From Nitrosopumilaceae archaeon (GTDB lineage: Archaea > Thermoproteota > Nitrososphaeria > Nitrososphaerales > Nitrosopumilaceae): a DNA stretch of 64,000 nucleotides. Numbering within the stretch: the first letter of the stretch is position 1; the number at the start of each line of letters is the position of its first letter. The DNA lies in assembly GCA_965207375.1 (NCBI GenBank), contig OZ242274.1, positions 288,001 through 352,000 on the forward strand. The letters are read 5' to 3'. Positions 9,660-20,199 of this stretch are shown here, in pieces. Below the pieces are notes generated by a model. It did no database searches and was not told where the DNA came from. It saw only the letters and a program-made list of their open reading frames with translations. The position numbers and the translations under genes are program-made.

Positions 9660-10427
9660 CTAATTGGTGATGAGGTTTTTTTGGATCATGGTACACATTT
9701 GTTTTCCGGTACAAAACCTTACATCATGAGAATCCAACAGTTTCATAATTTCAGAATACATACGGCCGCCCCTCATTTGCAGGACATTATCATGCCATAT
9801 GAGGGAAATAATTTTATCATTTCTTTGCAATATAGCATCAAAAAAGCTAAGAATATTATCTTCGTTGATGCCCATGCATGCAAAAAGAAATACATCTGCT
9901 ACTGTCACAGGAAATTGAATTATCTCCTTTTGATAAAATCCAAAGTCATCATCTACTAGCTCGGTTTTGGAAAATTTCAAAGATGAATCGTATTTGAATC
10001 CCACCTCTGCCAATTTAGATGGCAGTGCATCATTGTAATTTAGATAGTGAACTCTGTTGCCTATTATCTTGTTTTTAGTAATGCTAGATAGTTGTTCGTA
10101 TTCGTGTTTTATGTCGCTTGTTTGATAAATTGATTGGGGGTCTAAATGCAGTCCTATCTCCCACCCTGACTGCTCAAGCTCGTTTATTTGGTTTTTATAT
10201 TCTAAAAAATCGCCATTTTCGTATTTTGTTCTGAAAAAAAACGTTGAACGACAGCCATATTTTTCCTCTATATTCATGATTTCATTAAAATTGTTATAAG
10301 GATTAACAGAGTCCAAATTGTCTAGAACTGATTTATCAAAACGTTCTTTTCTGTCTAAGATGTGCTGTTTGGGAGGACCTGAAAATCTCCAATCAACATC
10401 GTGTGACAGAAAAACAAATTTTTCCAT
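9660..10427 (-). CDS. Polysaccharide deacetylase family protein
   Basis: LSHDVD, STFFF, WEIGLH, GNRVHYL, FKYDSS, LIWH. Confidence 0.8.
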   Translation of the reverse strand: MEKFVFLSHDVDWRFSGPPKQHILDRKERFDKSVLDNLDSVNPYNNFNEIMNIEEKYGCRSTFFFRTKYENGDFLEYKNQINELEQSGWEIGLHLDPQSIYQTSDIKHEYEQLSSITKNKIIGNRVHYLNYNDALPSKLAEVGFKYDSSLKFSKTELVDDDFGFYQKEIIQFPVTVADVFLFACMGINEDNILSFFDAILQRNDKIISLIWHDNVLQMRGGRMYSEIMKLLDSHDVRFCTGKQMCTMIQKNLITN

Positions 10428-10478
10428 AACACAAAAATCCAGATTACTAGTTTAAGGATTTCCATCAAATCATGAGAA

Positions 10479-11171
10479 TTAGTCCGTGGAGATAATTTTT
10501 GGATCAGGTGCTTCATACACACTATTTTTGGCAGTGTCGGATTTTACAAATACGTTAGCTCCGACAAATGTTTTTTCTGCAATCTTTATGTGCTGTTTGA
10601 TGGTACAGTGCAATCCTAATGTGGCACCAGAATTAATTGTTACTCTGCCTGCCACACAAACACTAGTTGTAATAAAGCAGTGATCATCTATATTTGTATG
10701 ATGACCTACAATATTTGAGGAAAGCATTATGACATTATTTCCCATGCAAACATGGGGTTCAAAGTTGTTGTTTGCAAGAATAATGCAGTTTTCTCCCATT
10801 TTTGTTGTTTTGTGCAATATGCTGGTTGCGTGAATGTAATTTACAAGACAGTACCCTTTGGATTTTACGCGCTCAAATACGTTTTTGCGTTTCTGATTAC
10901 GTTTGGAAAAACCAATCACGATTAGCATTTTGTAGGTATCTGGAGGATATTTGCTCTGAATTTGTGCAAAATCTACAATCGGCAAGCCATTTAATTGATT
11001 CTGTGTAGGGTTGTCTTGAGTATATGCTATGATTTCAAATTGCTGGTCCTCTTCAATATAGTCGTGTAATATTTGAGCCAATTGACCGGTTCCAAAAATA
11101 ATAATTTTTTCCAACGTAAATTTTGGTCTGTTCAAATTATAAAAAGTAATCCATAATCTAGTCATTTGCAT
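10479..11171 (-). CDS. NeuD/PglD-type sugar acetyltransferase
   Basis: IIFGTGQLA Rossmann-like N-terminus, NYIH, VGHH and hexapeptide repeats; true start probably near 11114. Confidence 0.8.
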   Translation of the reverse strand: MQMTRLWITFYNLNRPKFTLEKIIIFGTGQLAQILHDYIEEDQQFEIIAYTQDNPTQNQLNGLPIVDFAQIQSKYPPDTYKMLIVIGFSKRNQKRKNVFERVKSKGYCLVNYIHATSILHKTTKMGENCIILANNNFEPHVCMGNNVIMLSSNIVGHHTNIDDHCFITTSVCVAGRVTINSGATLGLHCTIKQHIKIAEKTFVGANVFVKSDTAKNSVYEAPDPKIISTD

Positions 11172-11191
11172 CTAGATTTTACAATGTGTTT

Positions 11192-11419
11192 TTAATTTTG
11201 AAACATTTTGTTAAAAGCCCATTTTTTCATTTTGGATAATATGACTATCCAAACAACTACTAGTGCGATTGCAATTACTGCCTTGATACCTGAGGATAAA
11301 ACTTGATCAAAATCCCCGAATCCTGAAATTGAGATTGGGGCAAGAACTGTAACCATGATTCCACCACCTAAAATCATCAAGACCCACATGCAAAAAATAA
11401 ATCCATACAGAGACCTCAA
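11192..11419 (-). CDS. Small two-TM membrane protein
   Basis: Two hydrophobic helices; overlaps the end of the upstream gene in the operon. Confidence 0.65.
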   Translation of the reverse strand: MRSLYGFIFCMWVLMILGGGIMVTVLAPISISGFGDFDQVLSSGIKAVIAIALVVVWIVILSKMKKWAFNKMFQN

Positions 11420-12408
11420 ATTCTTACCCCCATCAGATAAGCCGATATCACAGACAGGATTCCAGAAAATACTGTCAATCTGAAAATTACATTTGCAATC
11501 TGCCTGTCAGTAAGGGGAGATTTAGATACAATAATTCTCAATAATGAGATTGGGACCTGTGGATCTTTTACAGCCTTGAGTTTGAAATCCTCGGTGAGAA
11601 CTACAGGCTTTGAGGTGATTTGACGATGTTCGGCAAAACGCTTCACGCTTGCCAAAAACAAAAATGAATTAACTACTGCAGGCAAAAGTGCGATTGCTGC
11701 TACGATTTCAACAGATCCTACAACGGCTAGCGTTCCATACATGGCACCTAGGGTCAGGGTTCCTGAATCTCCTGGAAATATGCGGCTCGGATTCTTGTGA
11801 TACTTGTAAAATGCCAACGAAATAAAAATCAGCGGAAGACTAGCAATTGCAATCTCATAGTTTCCTACTATAACCAAAGATATTGACAGGCAGATACTTG
11901 CAATGCTCATAAATCCACTGGCTACGCCATTTAGAATATCAATAGAGTTTATGGTGTTTCCTGTAATTGGAATTATCAATACTATGATCCCTAGGTACAG
12001 TAGTGGAATTTTGACATCACCAAATAGCGGAAACGTAAGGTTCGTATCGTATGCTCCAAGCAAAATTATGGGAACAGCAGCCACTACAAGGGCTAGTGGT
12101 TTAAACCATCCTCCCATCACTCGTCTGTCATCGATATAGCCTATCACAAACGCCAAAAGACTTGTGACCATAATGGCTAAAATGGCAACATTTTGAATAA
12201 ATCCGTAAAGAACTGCCTCTGATACTAGGATTCCAATTATAATTGTGATCCCTCCGGGTCGCGCTATTTGCGGCTTGGTCTTTTTGTGAACATCAGGAAC
12301 CGTATAATTGTGACGTACCAGATACTTTATCAAACTAGGAGTTAGGGCATACACGACAACAAATGCGGCAGCAGACGCAGCTATGGCACCGGCGATGTAT
12401 TCTATCAA
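11416..12408 (-). CDS. aglH: UDP-GlcNAc:dolichyl-phosphate GlcNAc-1-P transferase (MraY/GPT family)
   Basis: Multi-TM; DVHK, GYIDD, N..DILNG, IFPGDSG. Confidence 0.85.
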   Translation of the reverse strand: MIEYIAGAIAASAAAFVVVYALTPSLIKYLVRHNYTVPDVHKKTKPQIARPGGITIIIGILVSEAVLYGFIQNVAILAIMVTSLLAFVIGYIDDRRVMGGWFKPLALVVAAVPIILLGAYDTNLTFPLFGDVKIPLLYLGIIVLIIPITGNTINSIDILNGVASGFMSIASICLSISLVIVGNYEIAIASLPLIFISLAFYKYHKNPSRIFPGDSGTLTLGAMYGTLAVVGSVEIVAAIALLPAVVNSFLFLASVKRFAEHRQITSKPVVLTEDFKLKAVKDPQVPISLLRIIVSKSPLTDRQIANVIFRLTVFSGILSVISAYLMGVRI

Positions 12409-12409
12409 T

Positions 12410-14539
12410 CTATCTCACCTTTAGCAGCTGAGATTTTATATCCTGTGCAAGCCTTGGGCCTATTTTGTCAATTTTTGCCAATTGTGCAGCAGATGTGCCT
12501 CTAAGATCATCGAGATTTCGGATGCCGTGCCTGAAGAGAATTCTTGAACGTACCCTTGCCACGCCCTTGATTTTAACCAAATCTACTAGTTCCTCTTTTA
12601 TTCCAAAAGACAAGCGTTTTCGTAACACGTCAAATTCCTCAAGCAAATCTGCACGATCAAACTCTTTTGCAATTTCTCTCAAACAGTAGACTAGCCAATC
12701 AGCAGTCTCTGTCATCCTGTACATGTCTCCTGATTCAACGTTTAGAGTATCAGACAAGGACAGCTCAGAAGACTCTGTAATCCAGAAATACATGGCAAGT
12801 AGGCTCCTATTGCAATCATACTCAGAAATAGGCTCTAGTAATTCTGAAGAGTTGTTTTCAACAAGCAGACTAGCCTTTTCATAATCCTTGTTTCTAAGAT
12901 TGAATTTTGGAAAAAACTCCTCACAGCCTGACACTAGGTGTAAAAATCCAAAGGTGTGTTTTCTGCCTTTAGATACATTTCTTAGGGACTTTTTAAAACC
13001 GGCAGCAGTTTTTGGATCGATATAAAGTCTTGATGTTTTTTTACCAAAATCCGTTGCAGCATACCTGTCGCCTTTTTTGACAAGCAACTCTTCATTTAGG
13101 AGAAAGCGCAGTGCCACATTGACTGCAAATTTGAGACTAGCCTTTCCTATCTGCAAGCCTCCAAGTGTATTTAAAAAGAAATCTAAAATTTCTTGCTGTC
13201 TCAGGCCCGGATTGGTAACTATGACGCTGAGAACATGAATACGCAATGACTTGTCGCTGCCAATTTTTGACTCGATGGGCTCAGGCTCTCCCCTGATGTA
13301 GTAATCTATCAATTCATCTGCGATAAAATTGCCTGCCACCATTATTGCCTCTCCAAAATCATCGTATTGCGGTCTGCCCGCACGACCACAAAGCTGTTTG
13401 TATTCTAAAACACTTATTGGCTTGTTTGCACCCTCTTTTACATCATATCTGCTTATGCTGGAAATTATCACGCGTCGTGCAGGCAAATTTACCCCTGCAG
13501 CCAAGGTAGGCGTAGAACAAATCAATTTGATTGCACCTTTGCGAAATTGAGTCTCTACTGTCTCCCTACAGTTCTGATTCAACCCTGCATGGTGAAATGC
13601 AACTCCATATCTTGTTGATTCGGCAAGGCGCTTTACTAGTTTGGTGTGCTCGTTATTTTTTAGAATTTTTTCAGATGTTTGTGCAAGCTCTTCGACTTCA
13701 TCCTTGCTGAGAAACTTGGCAATTGCATTGCATGCTTTAGTTGCCAAGGAGACACAACGAGTGCGGGTTTCTGCAAAGACTAGTGACTGTCCTCCTTCTT
13801 TTACACAATGTACTGCCAAATCAACAGCCGTGCCGCCGATACTAGATTCAATCTCAAAATCCTTACCATCAGGCATAGTTACCATGTCTGTTTCGCACAC
13901 TCCCTCAGAAAGCGGCACCGGCCTCCAGGTATTTTCAACGAGGTTACATCCTAACCATTTTGCAATTTGCCCAGAATTTGTCACAGTTGCACTAAGGCCG
14001 ATAATCTGTGGGCCCGGATCTAATCGTTTCAGTCTAGAGAGAACCATCTCAAGTGTAGGACCTCTGTCCTGATCACCAATAAGATGAACCTCATCTGCAA
14101 TTACTAGCCTAATATCATCAATCCATTCTGCATTGTGTCGAATTATCGAGTCCATCTTTTCGTTTGTCAGTACCAAAACATTGCTTGATTCTAGGCTTTT
14201 TTCCAAATTTTCAAAATCACCGGTTGATATTGCCACCTTGATTTTCCTATCTAGTGGAATTTTTTCCATCTTTTTAAACTCACAATATTTTTCAAAGGCT
14301 AGTGCACGAAGCGGGCTTAGATATACTGCCTTGCCCCCGTTTTTGTCTAGATGACTTAGTATGGCCAAAATGGCGATCAGTGTCTTGCCGCTTGCCGTAG
14401 GGGCAGATACCAGTATGCTGTCTCCATCTAATAATCCAGAGTCGACACTGTCTTTTTGAGGCGGATAAAGTTTTTTGAATCCTTGAGAATCAAGAAATTC
14501 CAATACAGGTCTTGCAAGCTTTAACTGTGAAATCTTCAT
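12410..14539 (-). CDS. hel308: Ski2-like DNA helicase Hel308/Hjm
   Basis: APTASGKT, DEVH, LSAT, FHHAGL, TLAAGVNLPARRV, GRAGRPQYD, C-terminal HhH. Confidence 0.93.
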   Translation of the reverse strand: MKISQLKLARPVLEFLDSQGFKKLYPPQKDSVDSGLLDGDSILVSAPTASGKTLIAILAILSHLDKNGGKAVYLSPLRALAFEKYCEFKKMEKIPLDRKIKVAISTGDFENLEKSLESSNVLVLTNEKMDSIIRHNAEWIDDIRLVIADEVHLIGDQDRGPTLEMVLSRLKRLDPGPQIIGLSATVTNSGQIAKWLGCNLVENTWRPVPLSEGVCETDMVTMPDGKDFEIESSIGGTAVDLAVHCVKEGGQSLVFAETRTRCVSLATKACNAIAKFLSKDEVEELAQTSEKILKNNEHTKLVKRLAESTRYGVAFHHAGLNQNCRETVETQFRKGAIKLICSTPTLAAGVNLPARRVIISSISRYDVKEGANKPISVLEYKQLCGRAGRPQYDDFGEAIMVAGNFIADELIDYYIRGEPEPIESKIGSDKSLRIHVLSVIVTNPGLRQQEILDFFLNTLGGLQIGKASLKFAVNVALRFLLNEELLVKKGDRYAATDFGKKTSRLYIDPKTAAGFKKSLRNVSKGRKHTFGFLHLVSGCEEFFPKFNLRNKDYEKASLLVENNSSELLEPISEYDCNRSLLAMYFWITESSELSLSDTLNVESGDMYRMTETADWLVYCLREIAKEFDRADLLEEFDVLRKRLSFGIKEELVDLVKIKGVARVRSRILFRHGIRNLDDLRGTSAAQLAKIDKIGPRLAQDIKSQLLKVR

Positions 14540-16629
14540 ACTCGGTTATAATGACCTGGTTTTGATTCATAAATAGATGCTTCGCGAAGCATTCTTTGAA
14601 GGAATTTTCTTGCCTCTTCTTCTGTAAACTTTTCTGTTTTTTCCAATTCTTTAACAAAGAGTTTTTCCTCTACTGCGGTTTTAGTCTCGCCCTCTAGTGA
14701 TTTTAAAACATCCATGAACAGCTGCATTTTGGATACCTCGCTTCTAGGCTTTCCTTGCAACACCCCGAGATCGACTTTGCCTGTATTGACGTCTACTCCT
14801 GCATCTTGAAGCATACTTTGAATGAGAAATATTGCCCGCTCTGCATCCTCTTCTTCAACGTGGTTTTTCATCAATAGTCTGGCACGTGCAGTAGACAGAC
14901 GGATTATTCCTTCTAGTTGTCTGGGGGTTACAGTAATCATCTCCTCGCTTTCAACTGTTCTCATTTTGAGATAGTATTGTAGGATTTTCTCCTCTGCCTC
15001 CTTTGTAAGTTCGGGCTGGCTGCGTTTTGCATATGCAAGATATTTTGTAAGAAGATCAACGTCAATTAGTGAGCGGCTATCTGTTCCCTGTGGAGTGTGC
15101 AGTTCAATAATGTGACGTGCAATTCTTTCATCTTTTTCCTTTGTTGGAATATCTCTTACTACAAAAATCAGGTCAAATCTAGTAAGGAGGGGAATTGGAA
15201 GATTTACATTTTCTGTTATATTTTTGAAAGGGTCATACTTTCCATACATGGGATTTGCAGCAGACAAGATAGATGTTCTAGCATTTAGAGTAGCTACAAT
15301 ACCCCCCTTGGCAATACTTGCTGATTGCTGTTCCATGACTTCGTGTAGGGCACTTCGGTCTTCTGGTTTCATTTTATCAAATTCGTCAATACATACAAGA
15401 CCCTGATCACCTAGTACAACTGCACCTGCCTCAAGCATCATGATTCCAGTCTTGTCTCTTACTACTGCAGCAGTAAGACCTGCAGCCGTTGAACCTCTGC
15501 CGGATGTATAAAGCCCCCTCGGTGCAATTCGTGCACAAAACTTTAGCATTTCACTTTTTGCAGTACCTGGGTCACCTACAAGAAATATGTTAATGTCGCC
15601 CCTGATTTTACTTCCATCAGCCAATGTACGCTGGGTAGAGCCTACAATCAACAAAAGAATGGCTTCCTTGATTAATGTTTGACCCTGTATGTGTGGGGCA
15701 AAAGAGTCAATCAATCTCTGATAGATATCCGGACTTTTTGCATGTGATCTGATCATTTTTTCCTCCTCTGGGGAAATTTCCTCCCGATCTGCCTTTCTTT
15801 GTGTCTTTGAGCCCTTGCCGCCAAGAAATTCTATATTGTTTCCGTCAATTCTTAATCTGTATACGCCGCTGTTGACCTTGCTGACGCCTGCAATTGGCTC
15901 TTGTTCTATTCTTACAATGCCTGTTAGAATTATTCTGTCGCCGGGACGTGCATTATCTACCAAATCCTGCTTGATTGTGACATCAATATAGTGGGGCAAT
16001 TGTCCTGGGGGCAGGTCCTCAGGCAATTCTTGTAATCGAAGTATCTGAAAATCTATGAATTTACTGGCATCAGGCTTTACCTCAAGATCCCTGTTGGCAC
16101 ATTTTGGATTTGAGCATTTGGAGGGTGCATTTACACTCATTCCCTTTTCTAAGAAAATTTGCGTTATGTGATTTTCAGCACATACGTAGATAATCTCCTT
16201 TGCAAGTGGCTTTACTTCAGATGAACGTACAACCATTCCTGAAACACTAGTCATTTTACTAATTACTTCTGCATTGATCTGCCTCAAGCTTCGCTGAACC
16301 GGATAATTGACAATGCGGACTCTGGTCTCATCTTTGATTTTTTCTGCATACTGTGGGAATTTTTCCTGTAGAATTTCGTTAACTGCATGTGCAAATGCAT
16401 CTAGAACTATATCGGGCTGTTCATTGAAGATAGATTCAATTTCAGACTCTGTGACTAGATCGTTGTAATCTATTACAATAAACTTTGCCTGTTTTGACAT
16501 CATCTGATCAATTTCTTCTACATAGGAATACAAACGATCTTTGCTCTTGAATTGAATCAGAAATTCTTTGATTTTGTCAGATAATCCTGATTGTGAAAAT
16601 GTCTGGGATTCAGCACTCATCATTATCAC
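14536..16629 (-). CDS. mcm: Replicative helicase MCM
   Basis: Zn finger, GDPGTAKS, IDEFDKM, AANP, LLTRFDL, TPRQLE; no intein. Confidence 0.97.
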   Translation of the reverse strand: MIMMSAESQTFSQSGLSDKIKEFLIQFKSKDRLYSYVEEIDQMMSKQAKFIVIDYNDLVTESEIESIFNEQPDIVLDAFAHAVNEILQEKFPQYAEKIKDETRVRIVNYPVQRSLRQINAEVISKMTSVSGMVVRSSEVKPLAKEIIYVCAENHITQIFLEKGMSVNAPSKCSNPKCANRDLEVKPDASKFIDFQILRLQELPEDLPPGQLPHYIDVTIKQDLVDNARPGDRIILTGIVRIEQEPIAGVSKVNSGVYRLRIDGNNIEFLGGKGSKTQRKADREEISPEEEKMIRSHAKSPDIYQRLIDSFAPHIQGQTLIKEAILLLIVGSTQRTLADGSKIRGDINIFLVGDPGTAKSEMLKFCARIAPRGLYTSGRGSTAAGLTAAVVRDKTGIMMLEAGAVVLGDQGLVCIDEFDKMKPEDRSALHEVMEQQSASIAKGGIVATLNARTSILSAANPMYGKYDPFKNITENVNLPIPLLTRFDLIFVVRDIPTKEKDERIARHIIELHTPQGTDSRSLIDVDLLTKYLAYAKRSQPELTKEAEEKILQYYLKMRTVESEEMITVTPRQLEGIIRLSTARARLLMKNHVEEEDAERAIFLIQSMLQDAGVDVNTGKVDLGVLQGKPRSEVSKMQLFMDVLKSLEGETKTAVEEKLFVKELEKTEKFTEEEARKFLQRMLREASIYESKPGHYNRV

Positions 16630-17149
16630 CTAAAATTTTTTCTTTAAAGTTTTTGCTGTTTTGATATATTGTGTTGTAAAATACCTTCTCTTCTACTGTT
16701 AATTTTTGGGCAATTTCTGCAGTTAACTTTGAGGAATCAGCTATGCGGATGATCTTACCTTGTCTTTTTCTAACAAGAGAGTTTAACATGCTGCCAGCCT
16801 TGTCTTTGTCAGATTCAGAAAATCGTCTCAGATATGCACGAAGCTTTATGTAAAAATAAGGTTCTAGTGTTGCAACCTCAAATTCGCCCTGAACATTTTC
16901 TTTTACCACTGCCTGTTTTAACTCTACTACCATGTCGGTATCTTGTATCTTGCCATGCTTTTCAGATTCAAGCACGTTTGCTACCCATCTAGGAAGATTC
17001 AGGATTTCGCCCTGCTTTGCCTCTACATGAACGCTAGATACGTCAATTTTAATATCGTGATTAAAGGATACCTTGACATCTTCTAGGTTAAATCCTGCCG
17101 TGCTAGCCTTGACGACATCATCTATATCAGTCATATTGGAATTTCTCAC
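16610..17149 (-). CDS. GINS subunit (Gins23/Psf2-like)
   Basis: LPRWVA.VL motif, L.PYFY, immediately upstream of mcm. Confidence 0.8.
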   Translation of the reverse strand: MRNSNMTDIDDVVKASTAGFNLEDVKVSFNHDIKIDVSSVHVEAKQGEILNLPRWVANVLESEKHGKIQDTDMVVELKQAVVKENVQGEFEVATLEPYFYIKLRAYLRRFSESDKDKAGSMLNSLVRKRQGKIIRIADSSKLTAEIAQKLTVEEKVFYNTIYQNSKNFKEKILGDNDEC

Positions 17150-17326
17150 ACCATCTCATGTATGGGATCGATCATTTCTGTTAACACTTTGGTTAGTTCA
17201 ATTGATCCTGTTGTTTGCTCACGCATGAAATACCATGTCAGTTGTGTCTTTTGTATGAGAGTTATTCTGAAATAACCTAGCTAGATTCGTAATGTCATTT
17301 ATTAGTGGAGTTTTGTCAATATCGTC

Positions 17327-18277
17327 ATGTCAGCTGATATGATGTGGGTAGAAAAATACCGACCGCAAAAGCTTTCTGAAATTGTAAATCAAAAAGATGT
17401 TATTGGTAGCATTAGTGCACTAATAAAAAACGCATCAGAAATGCCACATTTGCTATTTTCTGGTTCTGCCGGTGTGGGCAAAACAACTGCGGCACTGTGT
17501 ATTGTAAAGGAGACACTAGGTGATGTTTGGAAGGAATACACCCTAGAACTCAATGCATCTGATGAAAGGGGAATAAACATGGTACGTGAAAAGGTAAAAA
17601 AATTCTCTAGATTTGCAGGAATTTCAGACATCCCGTTTAAATTTATCATATTGGATGAGGCAGACGAAATGACATCTGATGCACAGACTGCATTGCGTCG
17701 TATTATCGAAGACACTGCAAAATTTTGTAGATTTATAATTATTGCAAACAATATATCAAAAATAATAGATCCCATTCAGAGCAGATGTGCGATTTTCAAA
17801 TTCACATCTATTGCTCAAGATGAAATTATAAAGCATCTGGAAACAATTACAAAAAAGGAAAAAATCAAAGCTGACGCAAAGGGATTGAAATCTATTTTTG
17901 AATATTGTGAGGGTGATTTGCGTCATGCAATTAATTTATTGCAGGCAACTGCTAGTTTAGGCAAAGTTTCTGAAGATACTGTAAGATCATCGGCTGGCTT
18001 GACTAAAACAAATGATGTTGATGGTGTTCTCAAACTAGCACTAGATGGAAAATTAACAGCTGCAAGAGACAAAATGATAGAATTGATCAAGGTATACGGA
18101 ATGTCTGAATCAGACTTTTTGAAATATATAAATTCTGCAATATTTAAGACAAAAACTGCCAACCCAAGCTCAATACTGCAAATCATTGCAAAATACGATT
18201 ATAGAATACTTGTAGGCGCAAATCCTGAAATTCAGCTATCTGCAATGCTTGCCGAATTGGGAAATCTCAAAAATTAA
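17327..18277 (+). CDS. rfcS: Replication factor C small subunit
   Basis: WVEKYRP, GSAGVGKTT, ELNASDERGI, LDEADEMT, IQSRC. Confidence 0.96.
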   Translation: MSADMMWVEKYRPQKLSEIVNQKDVIGSISALIKNASEMPHLLFSGSAGVGKTTAALCIVKETLGDVWKEYTLELNASDERGINMVREKVKKFSRFAGISDIPFKFIILDEADEMTSDAQTALRRIIEDTAKFCRFIIIANNISKIIDPIQSRCAIFKFTSIAQDEIIKHLETITKKEKIKADAKGLKSIFEYCEGDLRHAINLLQATASLGKVSEDTVRSSAGLTKTNDVDGVLKLALDGKLTAARDKMIELIKVYGMSESDFLKYINSAIFKTKTANPSSILQIIAKYDYRILVGANPEIQLSAMLAELGNLKN

Positions 18278-18351
18278 AGCGCACTATAGTTAGTGTAATA
18301 ACCCTGACTAAATTCTATTTCAAACATACAAAATTACGCATGAAATTAGAG

Positions 18352-18420
18352 GTACTTGTTCACCTTGTGCCTAAATCATTCCATTATGTCTGAAACATCA
18401 GGCACGAGATAAACAAGTAC
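18352..18420. mobile_element. 69-bp MITE with ends matching the IS66 at 48637-50129
   Basis: gtacttgttcaccttgtgcct ... aggcacgagataaacaagtac. Confidence 0.7.
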
Positions 18421-18434
18421 CTTTTTGATATTTT

Positions 18435-18510
18435 AGATATGATTCGTATTTAGATCTAGGCACGGATTTTTGCTCTTGTTAGGCGTGGTTTTCTAATTAT
18501 GAATCACCTT
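18435..18510. mobile_element. ~75-bp MITE derived from the IS5-like element
   Basis: agatatgattcgtatttag ... taggcgtg ... ctaattatgaatcac; matches the terminal ctaattacgaatcacatct at 1851 and 4569. Confidence 0.6.
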
Positions 18511-18831
18511 TTTGTATAATTGAAGGAATTTCAGGCAGAGCCAATTCAGAGTAATCTATGTGTTGGTTTTTCGTCAACTAGCAAAGAATTTGCGTCTCCA
18601 TATCTTTGAATAATCTTTAGATTTATGGTTAGCTTTAGATAAGCGACATGATTTTCGTACAATAGAACAAGATCATAGAATTTAGAAAATATTCTATTTG
18701 ACACGTAATGATTTTAAAATTACTACACGTTATAGTATAGAGATTACAGTCACACGTTTGATCATTACATGTTTGACCTATTCATAAATTTTCATGCCCA
18801 GCGCTTTGTTCAGTAACAAAATAGTCTGGTT

Positions 18832-18943
18832 TACATTAGATCTTATACATAATCGAATTTTGAATTAAAAATGTTAAATTTTTAGTATTAAATTGAAAAT
18901 TTTATTTTGAATTGTTCAATTATACATGAAATCTATTTTGTTT
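18832..18943 (+). repeat. 112-bp AT-rich repeat, copy A (left of integrase)
   Basis: About 10 mismatches versus 20200-20311 by manual alignment. Confidence 0.9.
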
Positions 18944-19039
18944 AAATGTTTATTTCATAATTTAGGCAGTCGTTGTATTTTACCGTCTAGCTAAAACAAA
19001 TTTGCAAGTTAAGTTTATTAAATTTAAATTCGTAGTTGA

Positions 19040-20146
19040 GTGCCAATGAATATTAAAAAAACCAAAAGTAAGGAACAATTCTATGAAAAGATAAACACAA
19101 AAAGCCAATCTACAATAATTGCCACAAAGAGAACAATTAACTTGTTTGATAATTTTTTGACCTCATTGCCTGATGCAGGCACAAAAAGCAGTACTACATT
19201 ACATGAAGAGGTAATCTCTGAACTACAATCATTAAAACCAAATGAATGTATAGATACCACCTGTGAGCTGTTACAAGATTGGATTAACTATCTTACAAAA
19301 TTTGGTCTAGCCTCATCAAGCATCAGGAGATATTTTTCCACATTCAGGCCTTATTTGTATTACAGGGGAATAAAACTTGACTCGCAAGACGTCACTGCCA
19401 ATATTGTCTTTCCAAGTATCATCAAAGAGGAAAGATATCCGCTGACAATAGATGTGATTAGAAAGATTTTGAATGCTACAACGTGGAAGAAAAAGGGACT
19501 TTACCTGACACTTGTCTCTTCTGGTATGCGAATAGGGGAGGCCATAATGTTGCGCAAGCGTGATTTTGATATGGATCTGTCTAGGATAAGGTGCCGCATA
19601 CCTGCAAGAATAACAAAGACTAAGATCGGCAGGACTACATATGTATCAAGGGAGGCAGCAGAGTTTGTCATGCCACTTTTACAGAAACTAAACGATGATG
19701 ATATGGTGTTTGGGACAAACCAAAACGCGCGGCATTCAACGATTGCCGAGGTTCAAACCTTTGGAAGGTTTGTAGATAAGGTGGGACTAGGCCTAAAGTA
19801 CGACACAGGACGTAAAAAAATCTCACTTCACTCCTTTCGAGCATTCTTTTTTACGCGTGCAGCGCGTGCCCATGATGAAAACTATGCCCACATGATGACT
19901 GGTCACGGCGGTTATTTGATGCAATATGACAGGCTTACAGATGCTGAAAAACTAGACATGTATATTGCCATGGAGTCTGAACTGCTCATATTTGACCAGA
20001 ACAAAAACCAGGAAAAAATAAAGAGTCTCCAAACTGAAAACTCTAGACTCGTAGCACAAAAAGACATAGAGCTAGAGACACAAAGAAAGATAATTCAAAA
20101 ACTAGAACAACGTCTGAGCAAAATCGAAAATCAAATCTCAAACTAG
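19040..20146 (+). CDS. Tyrosine recombinase/integrase with C-terminal coiled coil
   Basis: Catalytic R (SGMRIGE), K (TKTK), HxxR (LHSFR), H (MTGH), Y (QYDR). Confidence 0.92.
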   Translation: MPMNIKKTKSKEQFYEKINTKSQSTIIATKRTINLFDNFLTSLPDAGTKSSTTLHEEVISELQSLKPNECIDTTCELLQDWINYLTKFGLASSSIRRYFSTFRPYLYYRGIKLDSQDVTANIVFPSIIKEERYPLTIDVIRKILNATTWKKKGLYLTLVSSGMRIGEAIMLRKRDFDMDLSRIRCRIPARITKTKIGRTTYVSREAAEFVMPLLQKLNDDDMVFGTNQNARHSTIAEVQTFGRFVDKVGLGLKYDTGRKKISLHSFRAFFFTRAARAHDENYAHMMTGHGGYLMQYDRLTDAEKLDMYIAMESELLIFDQNKNQEKIKSLQTENSRLVAQKDIELETQRKIIQKLEQRLSKIENQISN

Positions 20147-20199
20147 ATTCGGCACAGATGATTTTGACATTGTTATATTTTGAATTATATCTCATGTGG

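Noticed and set aside
14536-18277. Inteins in MCM or RFC
   Set aside because: Both proteins have normal length with uninterrupted Walker motifs
18278-19039. Replication origin next to mcm/GINS/rfcS
   Set aside because: No orc1/cdc6 gene and no ORB-like repeats seen; the AT-rich DNA is explained by MITEs and the integrase-flanking repeat
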